Made by a program: the position numbers and the translations under genes. A stretch of DNA of 63,292 bases, filler included. It is 4 parts of 4 records of this genome, joined end to end, with 100 filler letters (N's around TTAATTAATTAA, not from the genome) between each part and the next. Parts side by side here need not be neighbours in the genome. Positions count along the whole stretch, not along the records: positions 31,757 to 46,898 come from DRR723986_8445; 3 more parts are not named here. One strand, written 5' to 3'. A model generated the notes under the pieces. The model searched no databases. It was not told where the DNA came from and was given only the letters and a program-made list of their open reading frames with translations. How positions within the stretch are numbered: the stretch's first letter is position 1; every line of letters begins with the position of its first letter. This document shows positions 31,951-40,484 of this stretch, one piece after another.

Positions 31951-31997
31951 AAACAAAACGCCGCAATTCGCGCATTTTCAATTGCAGAATTGCGGCG
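31951..31997 (-). terminator. Probable intrinsic terminator of the transposase gene
   Basis: 11-bp inverted repeat CGCCGCAATTC / GAATTGCGGCG followed on the minus strand by TTTTGTTT, just past the stop codon. Confidence 0.65.
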
Positions 31998-32020
31998 CTT
32001 GTTGCCCTTTAACTTACTTC

Positions 32021-32641
32021 CTAATCGTCATCAAAGGATTCTCTGAAATCGGATGAATTTCTCTCAATTTTACTCGATTCGTTCCAGTATTTCTGGTAAT
32101 CGTCGCTATCGATAAACAAGTCGCGAACATGTGCCCCCAGATGCTCGCAACGGCTGTCGCTGAAATATGCCGACAGTGATGACCATGGATACACTTCCGC
32201 ATTGCGTGCAATACGATGTTTGACAGGGTTAAAGTGAATGTAGTTCGCAAGCCGACGCGCGTACTCATATTTCGCCACCTCCTTTCTTTTGAATCCATCT
32301 TGAAAAAGGCTCCCGGTTCTGTGGTACGTTTGGTTAAATGACTGTGCATAAGTGCTGCAGGCATTTGCAATACCGCGCGATGGGTTTAGCACTTTAAATG
32401 GCTTCGTAAGTTCAGTTGCACCGGCATTGCGCAAAAAGTATTCATTCTGTTCCGAATCGGTTCTGATTTTAGCCAGAAAGTGGTAATGGTTTGGCAGCAG
32501 AGCCCAGGCGTAAATACGGATGCTCGGCAAAATGTACCTGCGGGTAAGTGACAAGAAGTCGAGATAATCTTCGGGCGCTCTAAAAATTGTTTCGCTGTTG
32601 TTTCCGCGATTGTAGATGTGATAGAACGTGTTGGTCCGCAT
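32021..32641 (-). mobile_element. REP-associated tyrosine transposase (RAYT) / Y1 HUH transposase, 206 aa
   Basis: YHIYNRGNN..IF..DY..FL; HUH motif PNHYH; G.LFQ..FK; catalytic YIHFNPVKH; YPWSS; flanked by inverted palindromes. Confidence 0.9.
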
Positions 32642-32790
32642 CTTCGGTATTCCTTTGACTGGTTGGAAAATTTGTTCGTGGCAATTAGTGTCAGGGTGAC
32701 TCGTTATCCGAGGGTAAACAAGCGAACGGCCGGTAATTCAGGATAAACGGAGCAAAATTCCGGAAAATCGGGACATTCTTTCACTCAAAA

Positions 32791-32830
32791 GTTTTCCACA
32801 TGAGCTGTTAGCCTGTGGCTAACAGCTCAT
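32791..32830 (+). repeat. REP-like palindrome, right copy
   Basis: GTTTTCCAC tail plus perfect 14-bp hairpin ATGAGCTGTTAGCC-TGT-GGCTAACAGCTCAT (32800-32830). Confidence 0.88.
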
Positions 32831-32844
32831 CGAACCCAAGACCC

Positions 32845-33252
32845 ATGACTACAATCCTCAAAACCGCCCAACACCTCTACGCCACCGCCAACCCAGCCAA
32901 CCCCCAAGACCCAAAATTCGCAGAAGCAATGCTGCTCCTCACACAATTAATCGACGCCAATCCCACCTCCGAAAACGCCATCGACGCTCTCGCCCTTCGC
33001 TTCCATATTCACTACCTCTCGGCCGATGCGCATGCCGCACTCACAGACCTGGACCTGGCCCTAAATCTCCAGCCGCGCAGCGCCAACCTCTGGTATAATC
33101 GCGGATTTGTCAATCGACATCTAAAACAATTCGGCGAGGCCGCCGCTGATTTCAGAAAATGCATGCAGCTCGCCAACTCCCAGGCCGATGACGATCTCTA
33201 CGATACCGCCGAAGACTGCCTCAATGAAGTCCTCGCAAGCCAAAACAGCTGA
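32845..33252 (+). CDS. Small tetratricopeptide repeat protein (135 aa)
   Basis: ALTDLDLALNLQPRSANLWYNRG..FGEAAADFRK TPR pattern. ATG 32845 preferred because GTG 32815 lies inside the palindrome. Confidence 0.8.
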   Translation: MTTILKTAQHLYATANPANPQDPKFAEAMLLLTQLIDANPTSENAIDALALRFHIHYLSADAHAALTDLDLALNLQPRSANLWYNRGFVNRHLKQFGEAAADFRKCMQLANSQADDDLYDTAEDCLNEVLASQNS

Positions 33253-33471
33253 GCCATCACCGGCAGGCCGCGCCCAGACTCATTCTCTCAAGTTTTTCAG
33301 TATTTTTTGCCCAAACTGTCACACAACACAATTTCAGCCGTCCAAGCTACAGACGCGGGTGCCCGTGCTGTCTGGCTGACCGCCAATTTGTATTTTGGCC
33401 GGGCTGCAGGTCCATCGCCTGGCCCTGCAGAAGTACTTCGCGTCCTTAACATTCCAGTGAGCTTGTTTCTT

Positions 33472-34029
33472 ATGCAAAAACCGCAAAGCTATTGTGAAGC
33501 CGTCGCCCTCATGGAGCCCAACAGCGTGCACCGCGGATACCACGATTCAGAATACGGTTATCCGCTGCACAGTGACGACGAACTGTTTGGTCGCCTGGTT
33601 CTGGAGATAAATCAGGCCGGACTTTCGTGGACCACAATCCTGAATAAAAAGGACAACTTCTTTAAAGCCTACCACAAGTTTAATATTAAACGCGTGGCTA
33701 AATATGGCGATAAAGATGTGCAGCGCCTGCTTTCCGATGCCGGGATTATCCGCAACAAACTCAAAGTCGCAGCTGCAATTCACAATGCCGGCGTAATCCT
33801 CGAACTCCAAAAGTCACATGGTTCATTCAAAAACTGGCTGGATGCACAACATCCACTCAGCAAGGACGCCTGGGTTAAGCTGTTTAAGAAAACCTTTAAG
33901 TTCACCGGCGGCGAAATCACGAATGAGTTTTTGATGAGCAGCGGTTATCTGCCTGGAGCACACGTTCCCGAATGTCCCGTCTATCACGAAATCCTTAAAC
34001 ACAATCCCAAATGGCAGGAACAGTCATGA
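33472..34029 (+). CDS. tag: DNA-3-methyladenine glycosylase I
   Basis: YHDSEYG, LEINQAGLSWTTIL, IIRNKLK, FKFTGG and C-terminal H...C zinc ligands. Confidence 0.93.
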   Translation: MQKPQSYCEAVALMEPNSVHRGYHDSEYGYPLHSDDELFGRLVLEINQAGLSWTTILNKKDNFFKAYHKFNIKRVAKYGDKDVQRLLSDAGIIRNKLKVAAAIHNAGVILELQKSHGSFKNWLDAQHPLSKDAWVKLFKKTFKFTGGEITNEFLMSSGYLPGAHVPECPVYHEILKHNPKWQEQS

Positions 34030-34904
34030 GCAATCCATTCAAGAACGAATTCTCAGATAACGATGCAGATCAGGCCGATATTCAACAAGCGCTGCGCGGA
34101 TCCAAAACAGCGCTTGAACGCCTTGTTAAACGCCACCAGCACTACGTCTACAACCTGGCCCACAAGCTGGTTATGAATCCAATGGATGCTGAGGATGTGA
34201 CGCAGGAAGTCATGGTCAAAATGGTCACAAAACTCGCGCAGTTTGAAGGCCGCAGTGAATTCCGCACCTGGCTCTACCGCATAACATTTAACCACTTTCT
34301 TTCGATGCGCAAACGACCGCTGGAGCATCAAATCACCACATTCTCAGCCTATGGCCAGGCGCTTGATCAAGTCGAAGATGTTGAAATGACGGCGGATCAG
34401 GAACTCGAATATGCCGAAACAATTGAGGAAGCCAAGCTCGGCTGCATGTCCGGCATGTTAATGTGTTTAAATCGCGAACAACGCGCTGTTTTTGTCCTCG
34501 GCGAAATCTTCCAGGCCGACCATTCGGTGGGTGCCGAGATTCTCGAAATCAGCAAGGCCAACTACCGCAAACGCCTGGAGCGTGCACGCAAAGACCTGTT
34601 TAACTTCATGCATGCCAAATGCGGACTGATTAACAAGAACAACCCCTGTCGCTGCTCCCGTAAAACCACCGGATTTATCAAACTCGGCTACGTCGATCCC
34701 GAGAACCGGCGCTTTAACAGTTCATTCAAGCGCAATATAGAAGCCGAAATCGAAGGCCGGACTCATCAACTCAAGGATCTGCTCGAAGGCCGCTATTCAG
34801 ACCTGTATCTCCAGGCTCCTTTTCAGGAAAAGGAACATGCCGAAAAACTGATGCAGGCCGTCCTGGTAGATGAAGACGTGCGCCGCGTGTTTAATCTAAA
34901 TTGA
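34026..34904 (+). CDS. ECF sigma-70 factor with Cys-rich C-terminal extension
   Basis: Sigma2 DAEDVTQE..FRTWLYRI; sigma4 LNREQRAVFVL..RLERARK; extension CGLINKNNPCRC. ATGA overlap with the tag stop. Confidence 0.9.
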   Translation: MSNPFKNEFSDNDADQADIQQALRGSKTALERLVKRHQHYVYNLAHKLVMNPMDAEDVTQEVMVKMVTKLAQFEGRSEFRTWLYRITFNHFLSMRKRPLEHQITTFSAYGQALDQVEDVEMTADQELEYAETIEEAKLGCMSGMLMCLNREQRAVFVLGEIFQADHSVGAEILEISKANYRKRLERARKDLFNFMHAKCGLINKNNPCRCSRKTTGFIKLGYVDPENRRFNSSFKRNIEAEIEGRTHQLKDLLEGRYSDLYLQAPFQEKEHAEKLMQAVLVDEDVRRVFNLN

Positions 34905-35032
34905 TTAAGCTAGTGCCCACACAAGATCGCTTTGAGTTGTATACACAACTCAGGCTCTTTGATATTTTTGTTCGTCACCGAACCCAAAATGCCAGATCCA
35001 TTCAGTCTGTTCGCAGTAGATCAGAGCTCAAT

Positions 35033-35833
35033 CTAATTATACGCCCACACCTGTACAATCCGCGGAATGCTCATCAATGTCGTCGTATCACGCGCTATTG
35101 CATACAACTCAGTGATTGTTTGTTTAACACTTGCGGCATCCGCAACACCCGCCTTAACAATTGAGTCCGCCACATTTTCGAGTGTCATCGGCGAAATTTC
35201 CTTGACTTCACCGCGCATGCCGACGGGCTGGACGATATGCATTTTTACGTCCTTGAAGCCGGCCTCCTGCAGCAGATGCGGCAGCTCTGCACCAATGTTC
35301 GCATTCGCGCCGCGCTGCGCGGCCGTCTGCATAAACCACTCTACATAACGATCAAAGGCAGGCTGGGGCGGATGACAAAAGTGACCGCGAAAGTCGGTGT
35401 CCTCGGCTACGAACAGTCCGCCGGGTTTAAGCATTTTGCGCATATTTTGCAGCTTGTTAAGCGGCTGCGGCAAATGCGAAAGCAGAAAGCGCGTGTACAA
35501 CATGTCAAATTCTGCCGTTTGCCCCGACTCTGTAAAGTCATAACATTCAAAACTCACATTACCCATTCCGGCGGCGCGCGCCTCCTCACGTGCAAGCGCA
35601 ATTTTCTGCGCGTCGATGTCCATGCCAACTACAGCGCCGCAGGCGCCGAGTCTACCTGCCAATTCGAAGCTGACATCTCCACCGCCACAGCCGGCATCCA
35701 GGCAGCGCCAACAGGCCTGAATGTCGATCTTGTCAAACAATTCCTGCGTCGTGGCATGCATAACGCGGCTCAACAAGCGCAGGCGCTCGCGACCTTCACG
35801 GCCACCGCGAATGATATAGGATTCAGCGCTCAT
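35033..35833 (-). CDS. Class I SAM-dependent methyltransferase (UbiE-like)
   Basis: LDAGCGGG, VVGMDID, FDMLYTRFLLSH and LKPGG motifs; GGAG RBS before ATG 35833. Confidence 0.92.
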   Translation of the reverse strand: MSAESYIIRGGREGRERLRLLSRVMHATTQELFDKIDIQACWRCLDAGCGGGDVSFELAGRLGACGAVVGMDIDAQKIALAREEARAAGMGNVSFECYDFTESGQTAEFDMLYTRFLLSHLPQPLNKLQNMRKMLKPGGLFVAEDTDFRGHFCHPPQPAFDRYVEWFMQTAAQRGANANIGAELPHLLQEAGFKDVKMHIVQPVGMRGEVKEISPMTLENVADSIVKAGVADAASVKQTITELYAIARDTTTLMSIPRIVQVWAYN

Positions 35834-36075
35834 AGCGTCTCCCCAGAAGAAAAGCAGTTCCAAACAAAAATAGCAGACTATAATCCCAGGCAGTGAAACA
35901 CTGTCGGAAGGTTGGCACATTTCAATATGAATAATTGTATTCAAATCACCAATGACTTGTGGCTCCTTTCATTCCGACGTATCCGACGTCACACTTCACA
36001 CAACTGTCAGTCTCGGACTCCAGGGATTGTGACAATGTACTTGAGCATCGAAGACTTGCAGTTTGTAACTCATTG

Positions 36076-36170
36076 ACTAACAAGAGTAAACAGCAAGCTG
36101 AAACCGCAGGTGCACAGCAAAGCGCTCAGAAAAGAGCCAGCCGGCTTGGTGGCGCAGCGGTCAGAAAATA
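36076..36170 (+). repeat. Degenerate ~100-bp intergenic element, copy A (orphan)
   Basis: ACTAACA, A-rich tract, AGCGCTCA, GCCAGCC and GGCGC blocks, collinear with copies B and C; first 25 nt match copy B at 20/25. Confidence 0.55.
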
Positions 36171-36306
36171 CAACAGTCAACGAATATCCAGTTAAACAAC
36201 AATAGATTCAAACGTATTGTAGAAACAAGGCATGCATTGCCTCCATACATAGACGGCCCCACCGAAAATTTTCGATGAGGCCGCTGGTCGTATAAACAGG
36301 GGAGTC

Positions 36307-39300
36307 TTACTTAACAATGAGCGGCACGGTGTGATGTTGCCACGCCTCATTTTGTGTCTGCACACCCAATCGCACAAAATACGTTCCGGCAGCCAGCGGA
36401 GCCCCCGTTGCCTGTACCAGACTGAGTGAATGTGTAAACTCACCATTGTCTTTCTTTCCGAGATTCAACGTTTGTACACGCTGCCCCTGAAAATCCAAAA
36501 GTTCCAGAGACACAACGGCGCTGTTCTCAATAGCGTACTTTATATTAACAGTCTGCCGCGCAGGATTGGGAGACAGCATTAAAGCTGCGGCTTCAGTCAC
36601 AATTTTGGCTTCGCGCAATCCCGTCTTACTGAGCTGCACATATACTTCAACTAGCGCTGTAGCAGTGTGACCATACTCGTCGGAGACGATATAGATAAAA
36701 ACATCAACGCCGGCACTTGCACCGGCCAGATATTTAATGCTTGTACCACCACCTACAATCTGCGTAGTTCCCAGCCCACCATTGCCGGCAGAAATGATCG
36801 TAAGTTCACCGCCATCGGGATCAAAATCATTACTTAACACATCAATGGTCGTCTCCCGGTTAACAAGTACGTCCGCTGCAACGTCGTTAACAAGAACTGG
36901 GCGCATATCGCGAATAAACTCTGAAAATGCGCTATCGTAAATCGATGCACAATACACCCTGGAACTATTTGGGGCGATTGCTACGGCAGACGCATTGTTT
37001 AACCCATCCGCCCCATTGTTGTTGTCTTCATGATGCCCTGCATACTCCAGGCTGCCATCCGCGTCACGCTCAAAGTACACCAATGCATCATCGCGCGAAC
37101 TGACGGCGAACAGGCTGCTGCCATCGGGAGACACGGCCAGATCTTTAATCTGGTTCAGTCCGTCTACACCATTCTGCCGATTTTTAAGTCGTTGTACGTA
37201 AGTGAGTATACCCGACTCGGGATCGCGATTAAACACCACAATGGCATCGGAGAGATTGGCGGCAACGTAAACACTGCGCGAATCGGGGCTTGTAGCCACG
37301 GCTATCGTGCCGGTCATTCCGCTGTAAATCCTGTTTCTGTACCGACCGATAAAAGTCAGTAGCCCACTCGACGGATCGCGCTGAAAGTGGGCCAGTTCGT
37401 CCGAACCGTTGCTGCAGACATAAACTGAGCCGCCGTCGAGCGTCACGTCAACTCCGGCTGCCCGGTTAAGTCCGCGAACCGCCTGGCGGCCGTTCTGAAA
37501 CGTTTGCAGGACATTTAACTTTCCAGTACTGGCATTGCGCTCTAAAACAATTAAAGAATTACTGTAATAGCCGGTTGTCAGGAGATGTTTACCGTCGCTG
37601 GTGGCAACAAGTCCAAATGGAAATCGATAGAGTGCATTTCCAACAATCTGGTTCAGGTCAAACTCCTGAACAAATTGTAAGGTCCCGGCGGCTGCGTCGC
37701 GCTCAAAAACGGCAATCGATGAACTCCGGTAACTGCAGGCATACACATGGCGACCATCGGGACTGATTTCGATCAGGTTAACATAACTCAGGCCGCTGAC
37801 ACCACCGTGCTGATGGCGCACCCGTCCCAGGTACACTGGGTCGTCCTCTTCGTCCAGTTCAAAAATTGCAATCGAATGATCGTACTGTCCGGTTACATAG
37901 GCATGGCGGCCGTCGGGACTGACGACCAGATCTTTAGCCCGCCGGAGCCCGTTAACTCCATCGACACCGTCTTTGCGAACTTTATCTGAATCTGTTTCAA
38001 CACTAAACATGTATTGCTGCTGTGGCCCCACGGCTATCACAAGTGTACCACTTGAGCTGCAGCCATCGTTACTGATGGAATACTCCAGGCGCTCGATTCC
38101 GCGAATGTTTGCATCCGGCGTATATGTGACCGCTCCGGACGCACTAAATGTTAACGTTCCATTTGAAGCCGGCTCCACACTATCGAGCACAAGGTTGTAG
38201 CCACTGTCATTACTTAACACATTTATCGTCGTCACCGTATTTTCTGTGATGCTTACATAGTCAAACAGAGCAATCACGGCCGAGGGGATTATACTGAGTT
38301 GCGTCGAGAAAACAACACTTCCGCCAAACTCCATCTCCAGCTGCAGCGAGGCAGAAGTTGCCGTCCATTCAATTGTAATGCAGTTTGTACTTTGGCCGGA
38401 GATCACCGTGCCACCCGAAACCTGCCAGGTGTAATCAACTGCCGAGAAATTAACAATTGAATATTTGTAGCTCGTGCCCAGGCAGGGAGTCGTTGAGCCC
38501 ATAACCTCAAGAATCGGCTCAAATTCAAAAGCGCCAATGTCGGGCCTAAGGAAACGCGCCACACCGCGCTGGTCCACAAGCGAAACATTCGCCGAGGTGC
38601 TCTTGTCGATCGCCGGGCTGGCGGGCTGCAGCGCATGTGTCTGTGTTAATCCGCCATTACTCGCCAATGCATTCAGCTGCGGGTTGATAACTGCAAAACT
38701 CTCAATTGCACCGGCGTTTGGAAGTGTGGTGCCATTCGGATCACCATACTGATCACCATTTGTGTTGGAGTTAAAGTTGTACTGCCCCACAGTTCCAATC
38801 AGGTTAAAACCATCCGAACTCAGGACCTCCTTGATGTCGGGAAACTCAGTGCCAAGGTCCGAGTTGTCCGCTATAATATTCGAGAGGAACAGTTTGGTCT
38901 CGGCCCACAGTCCACCGCCGTCACCGATGCCGTCCTTATCAAAATCGGCAACGTTTTTGGTAATCGTACAGGATTTGATGTCGAGCTGATTAACATCTGT
39001 GAATACACCGCCGCCGTTGCGACCTGCCAGGTTGCTGGAAAATGTACTGTTAAACACCTTGCCGCCATTGGCGGTACCCGCATACCCACCGCCGTCACGT
39101 TGTGCAACATTATCGACAAAGGTACACTGATCCACCGTAATTGATCCGCCGCTGTAGTTTATCGCACCGCCGTCGGCCGTGCGTGCTTCATTGCCCACAA
39201 ACGTGCAGGCCGTGTACTCACTCAGTCCGGCGCTTTGCTCAACGGCTCCACCGGCGTCTTGTGCAATGTTGCTGTCAAATGTGGTGGAGTGACAAAATAG

Positions 39301-40404
39301 CTGACCGGCACGCTGGTCTATCGCACCGCCGCTGTCACCGCCGACAGTACTGTTATCGCTGAAGGTACAATCGGAAATGTTCAGGTTGTTGGCCCCGCCA
39401 ACCAGCAGCACGCCACCTTCCTTCGCCGAGTTAAACAGATAGTCGCAGTTGGCGGCTTTTAAATCCTGACTACCACCCTCCAGTTTAAGAACGCCACCCT
39501 GAGCGCCGGCACTGTTCTGCTCAAACACGCAATTTGTCATGCTCAGAAGGCAGAATTGCGTACCGCCACCTTCGGAGAAAATTACACCGCCATCTATCAG
39601 GGACGAGTTGGACTTAAACGTAGAGGCCTCAAAGTAAACCAGTGTGCTGTCACCATGTGTTGTGTCCGGCCGTTCCACGTAGATTACACCGCCATTTTTG
39701 TCGACGGCATTGCCCGTAAACGTGCAGGTGTTAAACGTCACGTCGGCCTGGCAAACGTAAATCGCGCCACCGTGGACTTTGGCCTGATTGTTAACAAATT
39801 CACTGGAGAGCACCGTCAGGCAGCCGGCATTCGCCGTAATTGCGCCGCCATATTCATTTGTGTTGTTGCGGAAGGTGCAGCCGGTGACGGTTAACTCGCC
39901 GGCATCCAGCAACAGCACACCGATATCAGCGGACTTAAACACATTGCGGATCTGCAGGTCCTGCAGGCGCACGTTGCCACCGCTGACCCAGATAAGCGGA
40001 TAGTCGCCATTGCTGTGTTCTATGACCGCCTGCGTAATCCCCTGAACCCCAATGGTCAAGTCCTGGCTAATAGATATCGCGCTGGAAGTCACTGTAATCA
40101 CATCCGTAGTCGTAATCAAAATCTCGTCGCCCGGCGCCGCCGCCAACACCTCAGCCCGCAAACTGCCGGGCCCACTGTCCAGCGGGCTCGTCACCAGACG
40201 TATAGCCGCCTGCGCCTCACTGCCGAAAACGGCAATCATCAAAACTGTCATCAGTAGGGTAAACAAAGGCGAAGCCGCTGGGGGCCGGTGTTCTGAGGTC
40301 CGCGTGCACAACATTTGCCAGATCCTGTCTGTTGGAGTAATTGCTGTTTTGAGGCCGGAGCGCCGCGTTCCGCCACAAAAAGAGCGGGGGGACGAGTCCG
40401 TCAC
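36307..40404 (-). CDS. Large secreted multidomain protein: beta-helix/choice-of-anchor Q, PKD-like, two Ig (Big_9-like), beta-propeller, T9SS type A-like CTD
   Basis: DSGPGSLR; GGA(I)/FxxN repeats; NGGLTQTHAL..SPAID..DQRG..DIGAFE; VLSND Ig motifs; SPDGRHxYV propeller repeats; C-terminal SPNPA..LLDFQGQRV..GTYFVRL. Start uncertain (GTG 40404 or ATG 40314). Confidence 0.85.
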   Translation of the reverse strand: MTDSSPRSFCGGTRRSGLKTAITPTDRIWQMLCTRTSEHRPPAASPLFTLLMTVLMIAVFGSEAQAAIRLVTSPLDSGPGSLRAEVLAAAPGDEILITTTDVITVTSSAISISQDLTIGVQGITQAVIEHSNGDYPLIWVSGGNVRLQDLQIRNVFKSADIGVLLLDAGELTVTGCTFRNNTNEYGGAITANAGCLTVLSSEFVNNQAKVHGGAIYVCQADVTFNTCTFTGNAVDKNGGVIYVERPDTTHGDSTLVYFEASTFKSNSSLIDGGVIFSEGGGTQFCLLSMTNCVFEQNSAGAQGGVLKLEGGSQDLKAANCDYLFNSAKEGGVLLVGGANNLNISDCTFSDNSTVGGDSGGAIDQRAGQLFCHSTTFDSNIAQDAGGAVEQSAGLSEYTACTFVGNEARTADGGAINYSGGSITVDQCTFVDNVAQRDGGGYAGTANGGKVFNSTFSSNLAGRNGGGVFTDVNQLDIKSCTITKNVADFDKDGIGDGGGLWAETKLFLSNIIADNSDLGTEFPDIKEVLSSDGFNLIGTVGQYNFNSNTNGDQYGDPNGTTLPNAGAIESFAVINPQLNALASNGGLTQTHALQPASPAIDKSTSANVSLVDQRGVARFLRPDIGAFEFEPILEVMGSTTPCLGTSYKYSIVNFSAVDYTWQVSGGTVISGQSTNCITIEWTATSASLQLEMEFGGSVVFSTQLSIIPSAVIALFDYVSITENTVTTINVLSNDSGYNLVLDSVEPASNGTLTFSASGAVTYTPDANIRGIERLEYSISNDGCSSSGTLVIAVGPQQQYMFSVETDSDKVRKDGVDGVNGLRRAKDLVVSPDGRHAYVTGQYDHSIAIFELDEEDDPVYLGRVRHQHGGVSGLSYVNLIEISPDGRHVYACSYRSSSIAVFERDAAAGTLQFVQEFDLNQIVGNALYRFPFGLVATSDGKHLLTTGYYSNSLIVLERNASTGKLNVLQTFQNGRQAVRGLNRAAGVDVTLDGGSVYVCSNGSDELAHFQRDPSSGLLTFIGRYRNRIYSGMTGTIAVATSPDSRSVYVAANLSDAIVVFNRDPESGILTYVQRLKNRQNGVDGLNQIKDLAVSPDGSSLFAVSSRDDALVYFERDADGSLEYAGHHEDNNNGADGLNNASAVAIAPNSSRVYCASIYDSAFSEFIRDMRPVLVNDVAADVLVNRETTIDVLSNDFDPDGGELTIISAGNGGLGTTQIVGGGTSIKYLAGASAGVDVFIYIVSDEYGHTATALVEVYVQLSKTGLREAKIVTEAAALMLSPNPARQTVNIKYAIENSAVVSLELLDFQGQRVQTLNLGKKDNGEFTHSLSLVQATGAPLAAGTYFVRLGVQTQNEAWQHHTVPLIVK

Positions 40405-40450
40405 AAAAACAATCTACAGGCAGAACGGTGGCCGCTTACTACGCTAAAAG

Positions 40451-40473
40451 TACGTATGTACAACTACGTATGT
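40451..40473. promoter_or_regulatory. Direct repeat TACGTATGT x2 (14-bp period), candidate operator
   Basis: Two copies at 40451 and 40465, each containing the palindrome TACGTA, in the 80-bp gap between the regulator and the secreted-protein gene. Confidence 0.5.
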
Positions 40474-40484
40474 GCCGTAATGGC

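Noticed and set aside
31757-32830. Interpretation as an IS200/IS605 element with tnpB, or as a TIR/DDE insertion sequence
   Set aside because: No tnpB or DDE gene. The protein has RAYT-type YIHxNP/YPWSS motifs and the flanks are the same palindrome in inverted orientation.
32815-32844. GTG start extension of the TPR gene
   Set aside because: It falls inside the REP hairpin; ATG 32845 is more plausible.
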